DNA of 64,000 nucleotides, taken from contig CALJUG010000004.1 of the NCBI GenBank assembly GCA_937975685.1, forward strand, positions 31,494 to 95,493, in the 5' to 3' direction. A program made the position numbers and the translations under genes. This document shows positions 27,670 to 37,970 of the stretch, one piece after another. The notes under the pieces are model-generated. The model had not been told where the DNA came from and searched no databases. It saw only the letters and a list, made by a program, of their open reading frames with translations. Position 1 is the stretch's first letter. Each line of letters opens with the position of its first letter. Source of the stretch: an uncultured bacterium. GTDB taxonomy: Bacteria > Planctomycetota > Planctomycetia > Pirellulales > PALSA-1355.

Positions 27670-28689
27670 CTAGCTGGGCTGGGCGCGAAGCGGATTGCGG
27701 TACAGCACGTCGGCCAGCCAATCGGGACCACGCGGCTCGTCGCGGGGGCGCTCGAAATGCCACTCGGGGTGCGTGGGCACCAGTGCGTCGTCGTAGGGCC
27801 AGGCGTGAAACGGCTGGTAGCCCAACGCCGCGGCGAGCTTGCTCGAGTCGAGCGTCACGTTGCCGGCACGCGGCGGCACCGGCCCGGCGTCGATCCGCGG
27901 GCAACCCACCAGGTGCCGCGGGTCGTAGCCGCCGACGCGGTTGATGATCTGCGCGATGTGGTACAGGCTCAGTTGCCGCGGACCGCCGGCGTGGTACAGG
28001 CCCGCCAGCCGGCTGGCCAGCACGGCTTCGCAGAGCCGATTGAGGCAATCGGTGTAGGTGGGCGTGCGCACTTCGTCGAAGTAGAGCGTGGCCGGCTTCG
28101 ACTTCTTGAACCGCGACTGGATCCAATCGATCGCGCCGGCGTGGCCGTTGAAGCTGATGCCCATGGGCAGGCTGATCCGCAGGGTGCAGGCTTGCGGAAG
28201 GCGCTCGACGAGAAGCTGCTCGGCGGCGACCATCGTCTTGCCGTAGACCGTCACCGGGTCGGTGGGATCGTCCTCGACGTGGTTGCCACCGCCGGTGCCG
28301 GAGAACACCAGGTCGATCGACAGGTGCACGAGCCGCGCGCCGTATTGCTCGACCACGCCGATCAGGTTGCGCACGCCCTCGACGTTGATCCGCCAGGCCA
28401 GCGGCGGGTCGAGCTCGCAAGCCCGCAGCGCGCAGTTGCCGGCACAGTCGAGCACGGCGGCAAAACGATGCTCGTCGAACAGCCGGGCCAGGCCTTCACG
28501 ATCCTCGGCGTTACAGGCCACGATGCCGGGGCCGTCCAAGCGCCAGTTGTCGCGCTGGCGAATGCCGATCACCTGGCCGGGATACTTCGCCTGGAAGTAG
28601 GAGAGCGCGTTGTAGCCGGCCACGCCGGCCACGCCGGTGATCAGCAGCGGCAGCGGAACACGGTTGTCGTCAAACGCCGAGCGAAACAT
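27670..28689 (-). CDS. RmlD-like NAD(P)-binding SDR-fold protein (sugar-nucleotide reductase/epimerase family)
   Basis: Rossmann motif 'LLITGVAGVAGYNAL'. 'VHLSIDLVFSG' and 'VTVYGKTMVAAE' resemble the dTDP-4-dehydrorhamnose reductase core. ATG 28689 is preferred over 28791. Confidence 0.7.
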   Translation of the reverse strand: MFRSAFDDNRVPLPLLITGVAGVAGYNALSYFQAKYPGQVIGIRQRDNWRLDGPGIVACNAEDREGLARLFDEHRFAAVLDCAGNCALRACELDPPLAWRINVEGVRNLIGVVEQYGARLVHLSIDLVFSGTGGGNHVEDDPTDPVTVYGKTMVAAEQLLVERLPQACTLRISLPMGISFNGHAGAIDWIQSRFKKSKPATLYFDEVRTPTYTDCLNRLCEAVLASRLAGLYHAGGPRQLSLYHIAQIINRVGGYDPRHLVGCPRIDAGPVPPRAGNVTLDSSKLAAALGYQPFHAWPYDDALVPTHPEWHFERPRDEPRGPDWLADVLYRNPLRAQPS

Positions 28690-28978
28690 GAGCCACGAGC
28701 CGTACGAGCTAGCGAAATTCGAACGAAGAACCAATTCTAGCAACGGAGCCCAGGGGCCGTAACCGGCGTGCGCATCGCGGGGCCAAGGCACGAACAGCCT
28801 TGCTCATCTCGCTTGACCGTCGCACTTTAGCCGCCTTAGACTGGCCCCGCTCGGCCGGTGATCGCGACGGGGTGTGTAACATTCCGCGAATTGCTGCGCT
28901 TGCGCAGGGTAGCGGCCCAGCGCGCCCCAAGCGGCGGCCGCCGACCAACCTGACTTTCCGCCCCACGGGAGATGCACG

Positions 28979-30412
28979 ATGAGCGAGGGCACGACCACCA
29001 CCCGCGGCAGTTTTGCCAGCAACTTCGGCTTCATGATGGCCGCGGTGGGCAGCGCCGTCGGGCTGGGCAACATCTGGAAATTCCCCTACATCACCGGCGA
29101 ATACGGCGGCGGGGCGTTCGTGTTGGTGTACCTGGTGTGCATCACGATGGTCGGGCTGCCGCTGATGTATGCCGAGTTGATCATCGGCCGCCGCGGCGGT
29201 AGCGACATCCTGGGGGCGCTTCGCAAACTGACCCAGAGCAAGGGTGCGCTGGGCACCGCTTTCAGTTACCTCACCGGGCTGATGGCCGTGTTGTCGGCCT
29301 TTCTGATGCTGGCCTTTTATTCCGTTGTGGCCGGCTGGGCCGTCTATTTCTTTCTGCTTTCGGTGGGGCTGATTCCCGCGGTCGAGTTCGGCAATGCCAC
29401 CGTGTTCGACGAACTGGCCGCCAACGCCCGCACGTCGGCCATCTGCCACACGGTGTTCATGCTGATGACGATCGGCGTCGTGACGCTCGGCGTGCATCGC
29501 GGCATCGAGTTTCTCTGCAAGACGCTGATGCCGCTGCTGTTCGTGATTCTCACGGCCATGCTCGGCTACGTGGCCTACACCGGCGGGCTCGATCAGTCGC
29601 TGTCGTTTCTGTTCCGGCCCGACTTCAGCAAGCTGACCTCCTCGGCCGTGCTCGAAGCCCTGGGGCACGCGTTCTTCACGCTCTCGCTCGGCATGGGGGC
29701 GATGGTCACCTACGGGTCGTACCTCAAGGAAGAAGGCCGCGTCATTCGCGACAGCGTGGCGATTGCGGCGCTCGATACGATCGTGGCCTTGCTGGCCGGC
29801 ACCGTGATCTTCGCCGTGGTGTTTCAGGGCGACCTCGAACCTTCGGCCGGGCCGGGACTGCTGTTTCAGACGTTGCCCGAGCTGTTCGTGAACATGCCGG
29901 GCGGTCGCTTCGTGGCCTGCGTGTTCTTCGGCCTGGTGGTGTTCGCGGCCTGGAGCTCAGCCATTTCGCTGCTGGAAGTCGTGGTGGCCTACTTCGTCGA
30001 CGAATGGAAGTGGCCGCGATTTGTTGCGGCCGGCGGCATCGGAGCCGGTATTTGGGCGCTGGGTCTGGCATGTGCCATGGGCGTGATGATGACCCAGGAC
30101 ACGACGCTGCAAGACGGGCTCGACGACATCGTGTCGCGCTACATGCTGCCCATCGGCGGGTTGCTGATCGCCATTGCGGCCGGTTGGCTGGTGCTGCCCG
30201 AGGACGGATTGAGCGGCTTTCGCCACATGGTCAAAGGTGGCGCCGTATTCGGGGGCATCTGGCAGTTTCTGATTCGTTTCGTCACGCCGATCATGGTGAC
30301 GATCGTGCTGCTGTGGCAGATGGGGCTGTTCGATGCCTGGCTCAAAGGCGAAACGCCCGCGCCGCCCGCGGAAAAAGGCGAGTTGGCGGCCCCGAAGGAG
30401 CCGGCCGGGTGA
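28979..30412 (+). CDS. Sodium-dependent transporter, neurotransmitter:sodium symporter (SNF) family
   Basis: 'FGFMMAAVGSAVGLGNIWKFPYITGEYGGGAFVLVYL' and about 11-12 TM helices. Confidence 0.9.
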   Translation: MSEGTTTTRGSFASNFGFMMAAVGSAVGLGNIWKFPYITGEYGGGAFVLVYLVCITMVGLPLMYAELIIGRRGGSDILGALRKLTQSKGALGTAFSYLTGLMAVLSAFLMLAFYSVVAGWAVYFFLLSVGLIPAVEFGNATVFDELAANARTSAICHTVFMLMTIGVVTLGVHRGIEFLCKTLMPLLFVILTAMLGYVAYTGGLDQSLSFLFRPDFSKLTSSAVLEALGHAFFTLSLGMGAMVTYGSYLKEEGRVIRDSVAIAALDTIVALLAGTVIFAVVFQGDLEPSAGPGLLFQTLPELFVNMPGGRFVACVFFGLVVFAAWSSAISLLEVVVAYFVDEWKWPRFVAAGGIGAGIWALGLACAMGVMMTQDTTLQDGLDDIVSRYMLPIGGLLIAIAAGWLVLPEDGLSGFRHMVKGGAVFGGIWQFLIRFVTPIMVTIVLLWQMGLFDAWLKGETPAPPAEKGELAAPKEPAG

Positions 30413-30505
30413 CGCAGTTGCCCGGCATCGGGGGCGGTGCTACGATACCCGAGCGACCGGCCGCCCGAACGCAAGTGGGCGGCCGATTGTCCATAATGGC
30501 TGTAT

Positions 30506-30582
<77 letters not shown>

Positions 30583-30688
30583 TTTTTCGTGGCGGCCGCG
30601 GCAAAGTTCTTTGTTCGCCGGCGAGCCGAGTGAACGACACGCTGGCGGCCGTGGCGCACATGAAGTTCTCCCCTGCCCCACCCACCTG

Positions 30689-32077
30689 ATGACCGACCCT
30701 CCCAGCGGCAATCCTCAGAACGCCTACCTTCAGGAAGCCGCCGGGGCCGCGCCGCAGAGCGCGCAGCGGCGGTTTCTCGAGGCCGAGGGGCTGCGGCCGA
30801 TGACGCTGTTCCTGTGGGCCGCCTTGCTGGGCAGCCTGGTGGGACTGGTGGGCGGCGTGTTTCAGTTGACGCTGACCTCGATCACCGATTGGACCGAGAA
30901 CCTCGCGGCCTCGTTCGCCGGCGGACCCGTGCTGTGGTGGCTGATTCCCACCGCGTTTTCGGCGGTGGTCGTCTATGCGTCGTTTCTGCTGGTACGCCAC
31001 GTGGCGCCGGAAACCTCGGGCAGCGGCGTGCAGGAAATCGAGGGCGGATTGGACGATCTGCGACCGCTCCGCTGGCGGCGCGTGCTGCCGGTGAAGTTCG
31101 TCGCGGGCTTGTTGTCGCTCAGCGGCCGCATGGTGCTGGGCCGCGAAGGACCCACGATCCAGATGGGCGGCAACCTCGGCAAGATGTTCGGCGATTTGTT
31201 CAAGCTCTCCAACGTCGACGTGCACACGCTGATCGCCGCCGGCGCAGGCGCCGGGCTCTCGGCCGCGTTCAACGCGCCGCTGGCGGGCATCCTGTTCGTC
31301 GTCGAAGAGATGCGGCCGCAGTTCAAGTACAACTTTCTTTCGGTGCACTCGGTGCTGATCGCTTCGGTGATGTCCGACATCGTGCTGCGGGCGCTGATGG
31401 GGCAATTGCCCGACATCGAGATGCCGATTCTCGAGCCGCCGCCGCTTGCGAGCTTGTGGCTGTTCCCCATCTTGGGCGTGTTTTTCGGCGTGTTCGGGGT
31501 GGTGTTCAACAAGCTGCTGGTGTTCACCCTCGACTTCTTCGCCAGCCTGCAGGGTTGGGCCTACTCGCTCACCGGCCTGATCGTCGGCGCCGGCGTAGGA
31601 CTGCTGGGGGCGCTGCGGCCCGAGGTCGTGGGCGGCGGCTACGAAGTGATTCCCTTGGCACTGAGCGAATCGATTCCGATCGGCATGATGCTGGGACTGT
31701 TCATCGCCCGATTCGGCTCCACGATGCTCAGCTACGGCTCGGGAGCGCCCGGCGGGATCTTCGCGCCGATGTTGGCGTTGGCCACCGTGTTCGGCATGTG
31801 GTCGGGGCACTACGCGCACGATTGGTTCCCGGACTGGGTGGCGCATCCGCAGATCTTCGCCGTGGCCGGGATGGGCGCGCTGTTTTCGGCGACGGTACGC
31901 GCGCCGTTGACGGGCATCGCGCTGACGATCGAGATGACCGGCAACTACGAGTTGATCCTGCCGCTGATTCTGACCTGCATGGTGGCGGCGATCGTCGCGC
32001 AAGGATTGGGCGGACGCCCGATTTACACCGTGCTGCTGGAGCGGACGCTGAAGCGGGCCGAGGTGCAGGACGCGTGA
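30689..32077 (+). CDS. clcA: ClC-family chloride channel / H+-Cl- antiporter
   Basis: Selectivity motifs 'GSGVQEIEG', 'GREGPTIQMG', 'GAPGGIFAPML'. ATG 30689 is chosen; the longer ORF starts at 30611. Confidence 0.9.
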   Translation: MTDPPSGNPQNAYLQEAAGAAPQSAQRRFLEAEGLRPMTLFLWAALLGSLVGLVGGVFQLTLTSITDWTENLAASFAGGPVLWWLIPTAFSAVVVYASFLLVRHVAPETSGSGVQEIEGGLDDLRPLRWRRVLPVKFVAGLLSLSGRMVLGREGPTIQMGGNLGKMFGDLFKLSNVDVHTLIAAGAGAGLSAAFNAPLAGILFVVEEMRPQFKYNFLSVHSVLIASVMSDIVLRALMGQLPDIEMPILEPPPLASLWLFPILGVFFGVFGVVFNKLLVFTLDFFASLQGWAYSLTGLIVGAGVGLLGALRPEVVGGGYEVIPLALSESIPIGMMLGLFIARFGSTMLSYGSGAPGGIFAPMLALATVFGMWSGHYAHDWFPDWVAHPQIFAVAGMGALFSATVRAPLTGIALTIEMTGNYELILPLILTCMVAAIVAQGLGGRPIYTVLLERTLKRAEVQDA

Positions 32078-32102
32078 GAGTGGAGGCGGCGCGGGTAAGC
32101 CA

Positions 32103-32201
32103 CCCCCTCCCCGACACTCCCCACAAGGGGGAGGTAGAAAACGATAGTTCGGGGCGCCAATATTCCGCCCCCCCCCCTTGTGGGAGGGTCGGGGAGGGGG
32201 G
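32103..32201. repeat. C/G-tract palindromic element between convergent clcA and parB
   Basis: The left arm is CCCCCTCCCCGACACTCCCCACAAGGGGG (32103-32131). The right arm CCCCCTTGTGGGAGGGTCGGGGAGGGGG lies within 32168-32201. They are reverse complements except for a short internal mismatch, with a spacer of roughly 40 nt. Confidence 0.7.
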
Positions 32202-32234
32202 AGCCTTACAGCAAGAGCATGCTTGCTTTGCAGT

Positions 32235-33188
32235 CTACCCGGCCTTGATGTGGACACCCGCGCAGAGGTGCTCGCGCAGCCGCTCGAACTCTTCGGGGCT
32301 GGTGAAGTGGACGACGATCTGGCCGCGGCCGGCGGCGCGCTGCTTGATGTCCACTTTCGTGCCCAGGGCGCTGCGCAGCTCCTGCTCGAGTGCGGCGGAG
32401 TGCTCGCGCGAGCGGCGCGGAGCGCGGCCGCGGGCTGGAGCCTCGCCGCCGACGACGGCCAGCGGCTCGTGGTCGGCCTGGTGGATCGTCTGCTGCACCA
32501 GCTCCTCGGTGGCCCGCACGCTCAAGCCCTCTTCCTGAATCCGCCGGGCGAATTCCAACTGCTCGCGCTCATCGCCCAGGGGCAGCAGCGCCCTGGCGTG
32601 GCCTTGGGTCAGGTTGCCGGCACACAGGTCGACCTGGATCGCCTCGGGCAGTTCGAGCAGGCGGATCAGGTTCGCGATCGTCGAGCGGTCGATGTTCAGC
32701 CGGCCGGCCAGCTCTTCCTGGGTGCAGCCGTAGCGCTCGAGGTACTCGTGGAAGGAGTGGGCCTTTTCCAGCGCGTTGAGATCCTTGCGCTGCAGGTTCT
32801 CGACGATGGCCACCTCGGACATCTGGCGGTCGTCGGCCTCGCGCAACTGCACGGGCACCTTTTCCCAGCCGGCCTTGATCGCGGCCCGCAAGCGCCGCTC
32901 GCCGGAGATCAACTGGAAGCGTTCGCCGTGGCGGCGGACGACCAGCGGCTGGATCATGCCGTGCGTCTGGAGGCTGGCGGCCAGTTCGCCAATGGCCGCG
33001 TCGTCGAAGTCGATGCGCGGCTGGAAGGGATTGTTCTCGATGTCGTAGACGTGCAGGTGCAACAGACCGTCGTGGCCGCCTTGCCCGTCGTCGTCAGCCA
33101 TGTGCGCGGCGTCGACCATCTCTTCCGAACCAAGCGGCCGACCCAGCAATGCCTCGAGCCCGCGTCCGAGTCTTCTTTCCTTGTTCAC
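32235..33188 (-). CDS. parB: Chromosome partitioning protein ParB
   Basis: 'RRLGRGLEALLG', 'NPFQPRIDFDDAAIGELAASLQTHGMIQPLVVR', 'ISGERRLRAA', HTH 'TQEELAGRLNIDRSTIANLIRLL'. It overlaps parA by 4 nt. Confidence 0.95.
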   Translation of the reverse strand: MNKERRLGRGLEALLGRPLGSEEMVDAAHMADDDGQGGHDGLLHLHVYDIENNPFQPRIDFDDAAIGELAASLQTHGMIQPLVVRRHGERFQLISGERRLRAAIKAGWEKVPVQLREADDRQMSEVAIVENLQRKDLNALEKAHSFHEYLERYGCTQEELAGRLNIDRSTIANLIRLLELPEAIQVDLCAGNLTQGHARALLPLGDEREQLEFARRIQEEGLSVRATEELVQQTIHQADHEPLAVVGGEAPARGRAPRRSREHSAALEQELRSALGTKVDIKQRAAGRGQIVVHFTSPEEFERLREHLCAGVHIKAG

Positions 33189-33964
33189 GTCTTGAGCACC
33201 TCCATGCAGAGTTCAACGTAGGCCCGAGAGCCGCGTGCCCGCGGCGCGTATTCAATGACCGATTGCCCGTGGCTGGGAGCTTCGGAGACCGCCACGTCGC
33301 GCGGAATGACCGTGCGAAAGACGATCTCGCCAAAGAAGTCGCGCACCTCCTCGTCGACCTCGCGCGTCAACTCGAGCGTATCGTCGTACATCGTCAACAC
33401 GATGCCGCCGAATTGAAGACGCTCGGGCCGAGTGTCCATCACGCGGCGGATGACCTCGATCATCTGCGCAAGCCCTTCCATGGCGAAGTACTCGCACTGG
33501 ATGGGCATCACCACTTCGGTCGAGCTGGCCAGGGCAGTTTGCGTGAGCTGGCCAAGCGACGGTGGACAGTCGATCAGCACAAAATCGTAAGCAGACAGGC
33601 CGCTAGCTAAGTGTTGGCCGAGCGTGGCCGAACGGCTCTGTTCGCCGGCCGCCAGGGCCTCGACATCCTGGAAGCTGCGGCTGCCGGGAAGCAGCTCCAG
33701 GTTCTCGATCCGCGTCTGGCAGAGCGATTCCTTGAGCGGCTGGCGCGACACGAGCGGGTGGTGATCCGTGGGCTGGCAGCCCAGTCCCGAGGTGGCGTTG
33801 CACTGGGGATCGAGATCGACCAGCAGCGTGCGGCGGCCGCTTTTGGCCAGGGCGGCGGCCAGGTTGACCGCCGTGGTGGTCTTGCCGACCCCACCCTTCT
33901 GATTGGCCACGCACAGAATCCGGCCCACGACGCGCCCCTGTGGCAAGCGATGGTGTGGAAGCAA
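33185..33964 (-). CDS. parA: Chromosome partitioning ATPase ParA/Soj
   Basis: Deviant Walker A 'NQKGGVGKTTTAVNLAAALA', 'LLVDLDPQCNAT', 'DFVLIDCPPSLG'. The longest ORF starts at TTG 33964. GTG 33928 is an alternative. Confidence 0.95.
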   Translation of the reverse strand: MLPHHRLPQGRVVGRILCVANQKGGVGKTTTAVNLAAALAKSGRRTLLVDLDPQCNATSGLGCQPTDHHPLVSRQPLKESLCQTRIENLELLPGSRSFQDVEALAAGEQSRSATLGQHLASGLSAYDFVLIDCPPSLGQLTQTALASSTEVVMPIQCEYFAMEGLAQMIEVIRRVMDTRPERLQFGGIVLTMYDDTLELTREVDEEVRDFFGEIVFRTVIPRDVAVSEAPSHGQSVIEYAPRARGSRAYVELCMEVLKT

Positions 33965-34084
33965 CTGAGGAGGCGCGATTGTACCGCGGGGCTGAAATGG
34001 GCCCTATGTCAGTTCGACCGGGCGCCGTTGAAGCGCAGCGATCGGCACGCAGAAGTGGCGCGCGACGGTGCTAGCAAGCGGGAG

Positions 34085-34100
34085 TGTTTCACGTGAAACG
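34085..34100. other. parS: parS centromere-like site 1
   Basis: TGTTTCACGTGAAACG matches the conserved parS consensus tGTTNCACGTGAAACa at 15 of 16 positions. It lies 121 nt upstream of parA. Confidence 0.8.
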
Positions 34101-34180
34101 GCGGAGGATGGGGGAAGGGTGAGGACGCGGGAGGGACAGACGGTTTGCGCGGTGGGATAAGAGACACGGAGAGGGCACGG

Positions 34181-34220
34181 GACGCGCCGTCGCCGGTGGC
34201 TCCGGGCTAATCGGTGGGAG
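34181..34220 (+). repeat. Short intergenic repeat, family 1
   Basis: GACGCGCCGTCGCCGGTGGCTCCGGGCTAATCGGTGGGAG. It sits between the two parS sites. Confidence 0.7.
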
Positions 34221-34237
34221 TGAAAACTCCGGCGGGG

Positions 34238-34253
34238 CGTTTCACGTGAAACG
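34238..34253. other. parS: parS centromere-like site 2
   Basis: CGTTTCACGTGAAACG has a 14-bp perfect palindromic core GTTTCACGTGAAAC. Both sites sit in a 22-nt direct repeat GTTTCACGTGAAACGGCGGAGG. Confidence 0.8.
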
Positions 34254-34281
34254 GCGGAGGTTGGTGAGACCGTAGCGGTCG

Positions 34282-35586
34282 TTAGTCGAGCGGGTTGATC
34301 ACCAGGCCGCTGAGCAGCTTCGGGTAGAAGTACGTGCTCTTGGCGGGCATCCGCTCGTTGTGTTCGCTGATCGAGCGAATGTGATCGAGCGTGGCCGGCA
34401 TCACTAGCGCCGCCAGCGATGCCTCGCCGCCTTTCAGGTTCTCGACCACCTCGTCGACGTCGTGCACGTACTTGGGCCGCTCCCAGTCGGCACCCTCGAG
34501 CAGGTGCTCGACCACCAGGCGGTGCAGGATGCTGACGCCCAGCCCGCACCAGTCGGTGCTGTGTTCCTGGGCCAGCTCGGCCATCTTCTCCTTGCCGGCC
34601 GAGGTGATCGTGGCCAGGGTCCAGGTGTTGTCCTGTCTCGTGAACAGTCCCAGCGTTCCCTGGTCGCCGCCGGTTTCGATTTCTTCCCAGACTTCGCGGG
34701 CTCGCTCGGGCCCCCGGCCTGCGGTGCGGCATTCGAACAGGTCGCCCAGCGTGGCCGCCAGCGACTCGGCCGTGAGCCCCGCCCCGGCGGCAAACAGCCG
34801 GTGGGTGGGCAGCACGATCATGCCGGGGTCGTTCATGCCGACACACATCATCAGCACGAAGTTGGCCGCGTCGTGCGGCTCGATCGGGCCGCGCGTCGAG
34901 ACCAGATCGTCGCGGTAGTTGCAGGCCGTTTCGTAGCGGTGGTGGCCGTCGGCGATGAACATCGGCTTGTCGCCCATCAATCCCGTGACGGCCGAGACGG
35001 TGGCGACGTCGGTGACGGGCCACAGCCGGTGCACGACGCCCAGGTGGTCGGTGGCTTCGATCGCGGGCTCGCCGGCGATGGCCTTTTCGAGCTGTTCCTG
35101 CACGCCGGCCCCTTCGTCCGGGTACAGGCCGAAGATCTGGCTGAGGTTCGCGTGGCAGGCCTTCGTGAGCAGCAGCCGGTCCTGCTTGGGGCCGGACATC
35201 GTTTCTTCGTGCGCGTAGACCTTGCCCTCGCCGAACCGCTCCAAGCGCACCCGGGCCATGAACCCGCGGCGGGTGAACTCCTGGCCGCCGACGGCGAACA
35301 CCTGGTGGTAGACGTAGAGGGCCGGTTGGGCTTCGGCAAACAGCACGCCCTCGCGCCGCCAGTTGTGCAGAAACCCGGCGGCGCGGCTGTAGCGGTTGTT
35401 CTCGTCGTCGTCGCCCGGCTCGTGGCGATTGAGAATCAGCCGCACGACGTTGGCCGGGTGCTTCTTGTAGAGCTCCTCCTGCATCTGCGGACTGATAACG
35501 TCGTAGGGCGGAGCGACCACATCGGATAACGAGCCCACGTGGCCCAGGTCGTACCGCAGCCCGCGAAAGGCGTGAATCTCAGGCAT
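34282..35586 (-). CDS. DUF1015-family protein
   Basis: 'MPEIHAFRGLRYD...VVAPPYDVIS', 'MFIADGHHRYETA' and the overall length fit DUF1015. Confidence 0.8.
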   Translation of the reverse strand: MPEIHAFRGLRYDLGHVGSLSDVVAPPYDVISPQMQEELYKKHPANVVRLILNRHEPGDDDENNRYSRAAGFLHNWRREGVLFAEAQPALYVYHQVFAVGGQEFTRRGFMARVRLERFGEGKVYAHEETMSGPKQDRLLLTKACHANLSQIFGLYPDEGAGVQEQLEKAIAGEPAIEATDHLGVVHRLWPVTDVATVSAVTGLMGDKPMFIADGHHRYETACNYRDDLVSTRGPIEPHDAANFVLMMCVGMNDPGMIVLPTHRLFAAGAGLTAESLAATLGDLFECRTAGRGPERAREVWEEIETGGDQGTLGLFTRQDNTWTLATITSAGKEKMAELAQEHSTDWCGLGVSILHRLVVEHLLEGADWERPKYVHDVDEVVENLKGGEASLAALVMPATLDHIRSISEHNERMPAKSTYFYPKLLSGLVINPLD

Positions 35587-35707
35587 GTCTGCACCGTGGT
35601 GTCAAAAAAGAACAGGGCTTCGGTTGTTATCCCGAAGCCCTGGAGGGTTGTCAATTCGCCAGGTCTGGTGCGGCCCGCCGGAGCTTGAGCGCGCCGCGGG
35701 AGTCGCC

Positions 35708-37021
<1,314 letters not shown>

Positions 37022-37051
37022 AATATATCTCCTTCCAGGAACTGACTTTGT

Positions 37052-37144
37052 GCGAGCGGCCCACCGGTCCAGAGAGGACCGCGGCCGCGACCTATCATAA
37101 GGCACCACACCCGCTACTGGCAAGGCAGCGGCACGCTCCGCCGG
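37052..37144 (-). promoter_or_regulatory. Candidate SAH-riboswitch-like leader of ahcY (unverified)
   Basis: The minus-strand leader reads CCGGCGGAGCGUGCCGCU...AGCGG...ACCGGUGGGCCGCUCGC. The 5' GGAGCG and 3' CGCUC, the 5' CCGG and 3' CCGG, and an internal CCGCU/AGCGG hairpin can form a P1/P2/pseudoknot arrangement. This resembles my recollection of the SAH riboswitch consensus. No model search was done. Confidence 0.25.
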
Positions 37145-37151
37145 ATTCCGG

Positions 37152-37823
37152 CTAGGGGTGCCGATGGGACGCTCTGGCGAGGGCCTCGCGCGTTAAGGTG
37201 ACGAAGCGCTTGACGAGTTTCGGCGACTTCACCCCCGGAGCACTCTCCACGCCGCTGGCCACGTCCACGGCCCAGGGGCGCACGATCCCCACGGCGTCGT
37301 GCACGTTGTCGGGCGTGAGTCCGCCGGCGAGCACCAGCGGCAGGCCGCGCAGCTTCGTGCGGTTTGCGGCCAGCATCTCCCAGTCGAGCGTCGTGCCGGT
37401 GCCGCCGTAGTGGCCGTCGCGCTTGGCGTCGCACAACAACATCCGCGGCATCGCCTGCTGCCGGTGACACCCTTCGAGGTAGGCAACCACGTCGTCGACG
37501 TTCGTTCCGATGCGCGCCGCGCGCACGATGGGCGCGGGCCGCACCTCGCGCAGAAACTCGGGCGGCTCGCCGCCGCAGAACTGCACGGCATCGAGCGGCA
37601 CTTCGGCAAACGCGCGGCGGACGTCGCCGGTCGGCGCGTTGACGAATACCCCCACTTTACAAACGTGGGGCGGCACCGCGGCGGCGATTTCGCGAGCCCG
37701 CTCGATGGTGCAGTATCGCGGACTATCGGGGTAGAAATTGATGCCGATCGCGTCGGCCCCGGCGTCGGCGGCCAGGCGCGCGTCGTCGGCGGTGGTGACG
37801 CCGCAGATCTTCACTCGGAACAT
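37152..37823 (-). CDS. trpF: Phosphoribosylanthranilate isomerase
   Basis: '[37 protein letters not shown]', '[20 protein letters not shown]', '[10 protein letters not shown]'. ATG 37823 is chosen. Confidence 0.9.
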   Translation of the reverse strand: MFRVKICGVTTADDARLAADAGADAIGINFYPDSPRYCTIERAREIAAAVPPHVCKVGVFVNAPTGDVRRAFAEVPLDAVQFCGGEPPEFLREVRPAPIVRAARIGTNVDDVVAYLEGCHRQQAMPRMLLCDAKRDGHYGGTGTTLDWEMLAANRTKLRGLPLVLAGGLTPDNVHDAVGIVRPWAVDVASGVESAPGVKSPKLVKRFVTLTREALARASHRHP

Positions 37824-37970
37824 GGTCTTCCTCGGTCGGTCACATGCTAGCTGGGTAAGTATAGCGTTTCCGGGCAAGCGCGTCCCTTGGCTTCAAGACG
37901 CGCTGCGCGGGCGGTCGATGACGAACAGGAACCGCTACGTCCCGCCGAACGTTGGCCCAGGTTGTTGTTG

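Noticed and set aside
34141-34165. DnaA-box-like GGTGGGATAAG between the parS sites, as a possible oriC.
   Set aside because: There is only one partial match to TGTGGATAA, no cluster of boxes, no AT-rich unwinding element and no dnaA/dnaN nearby.
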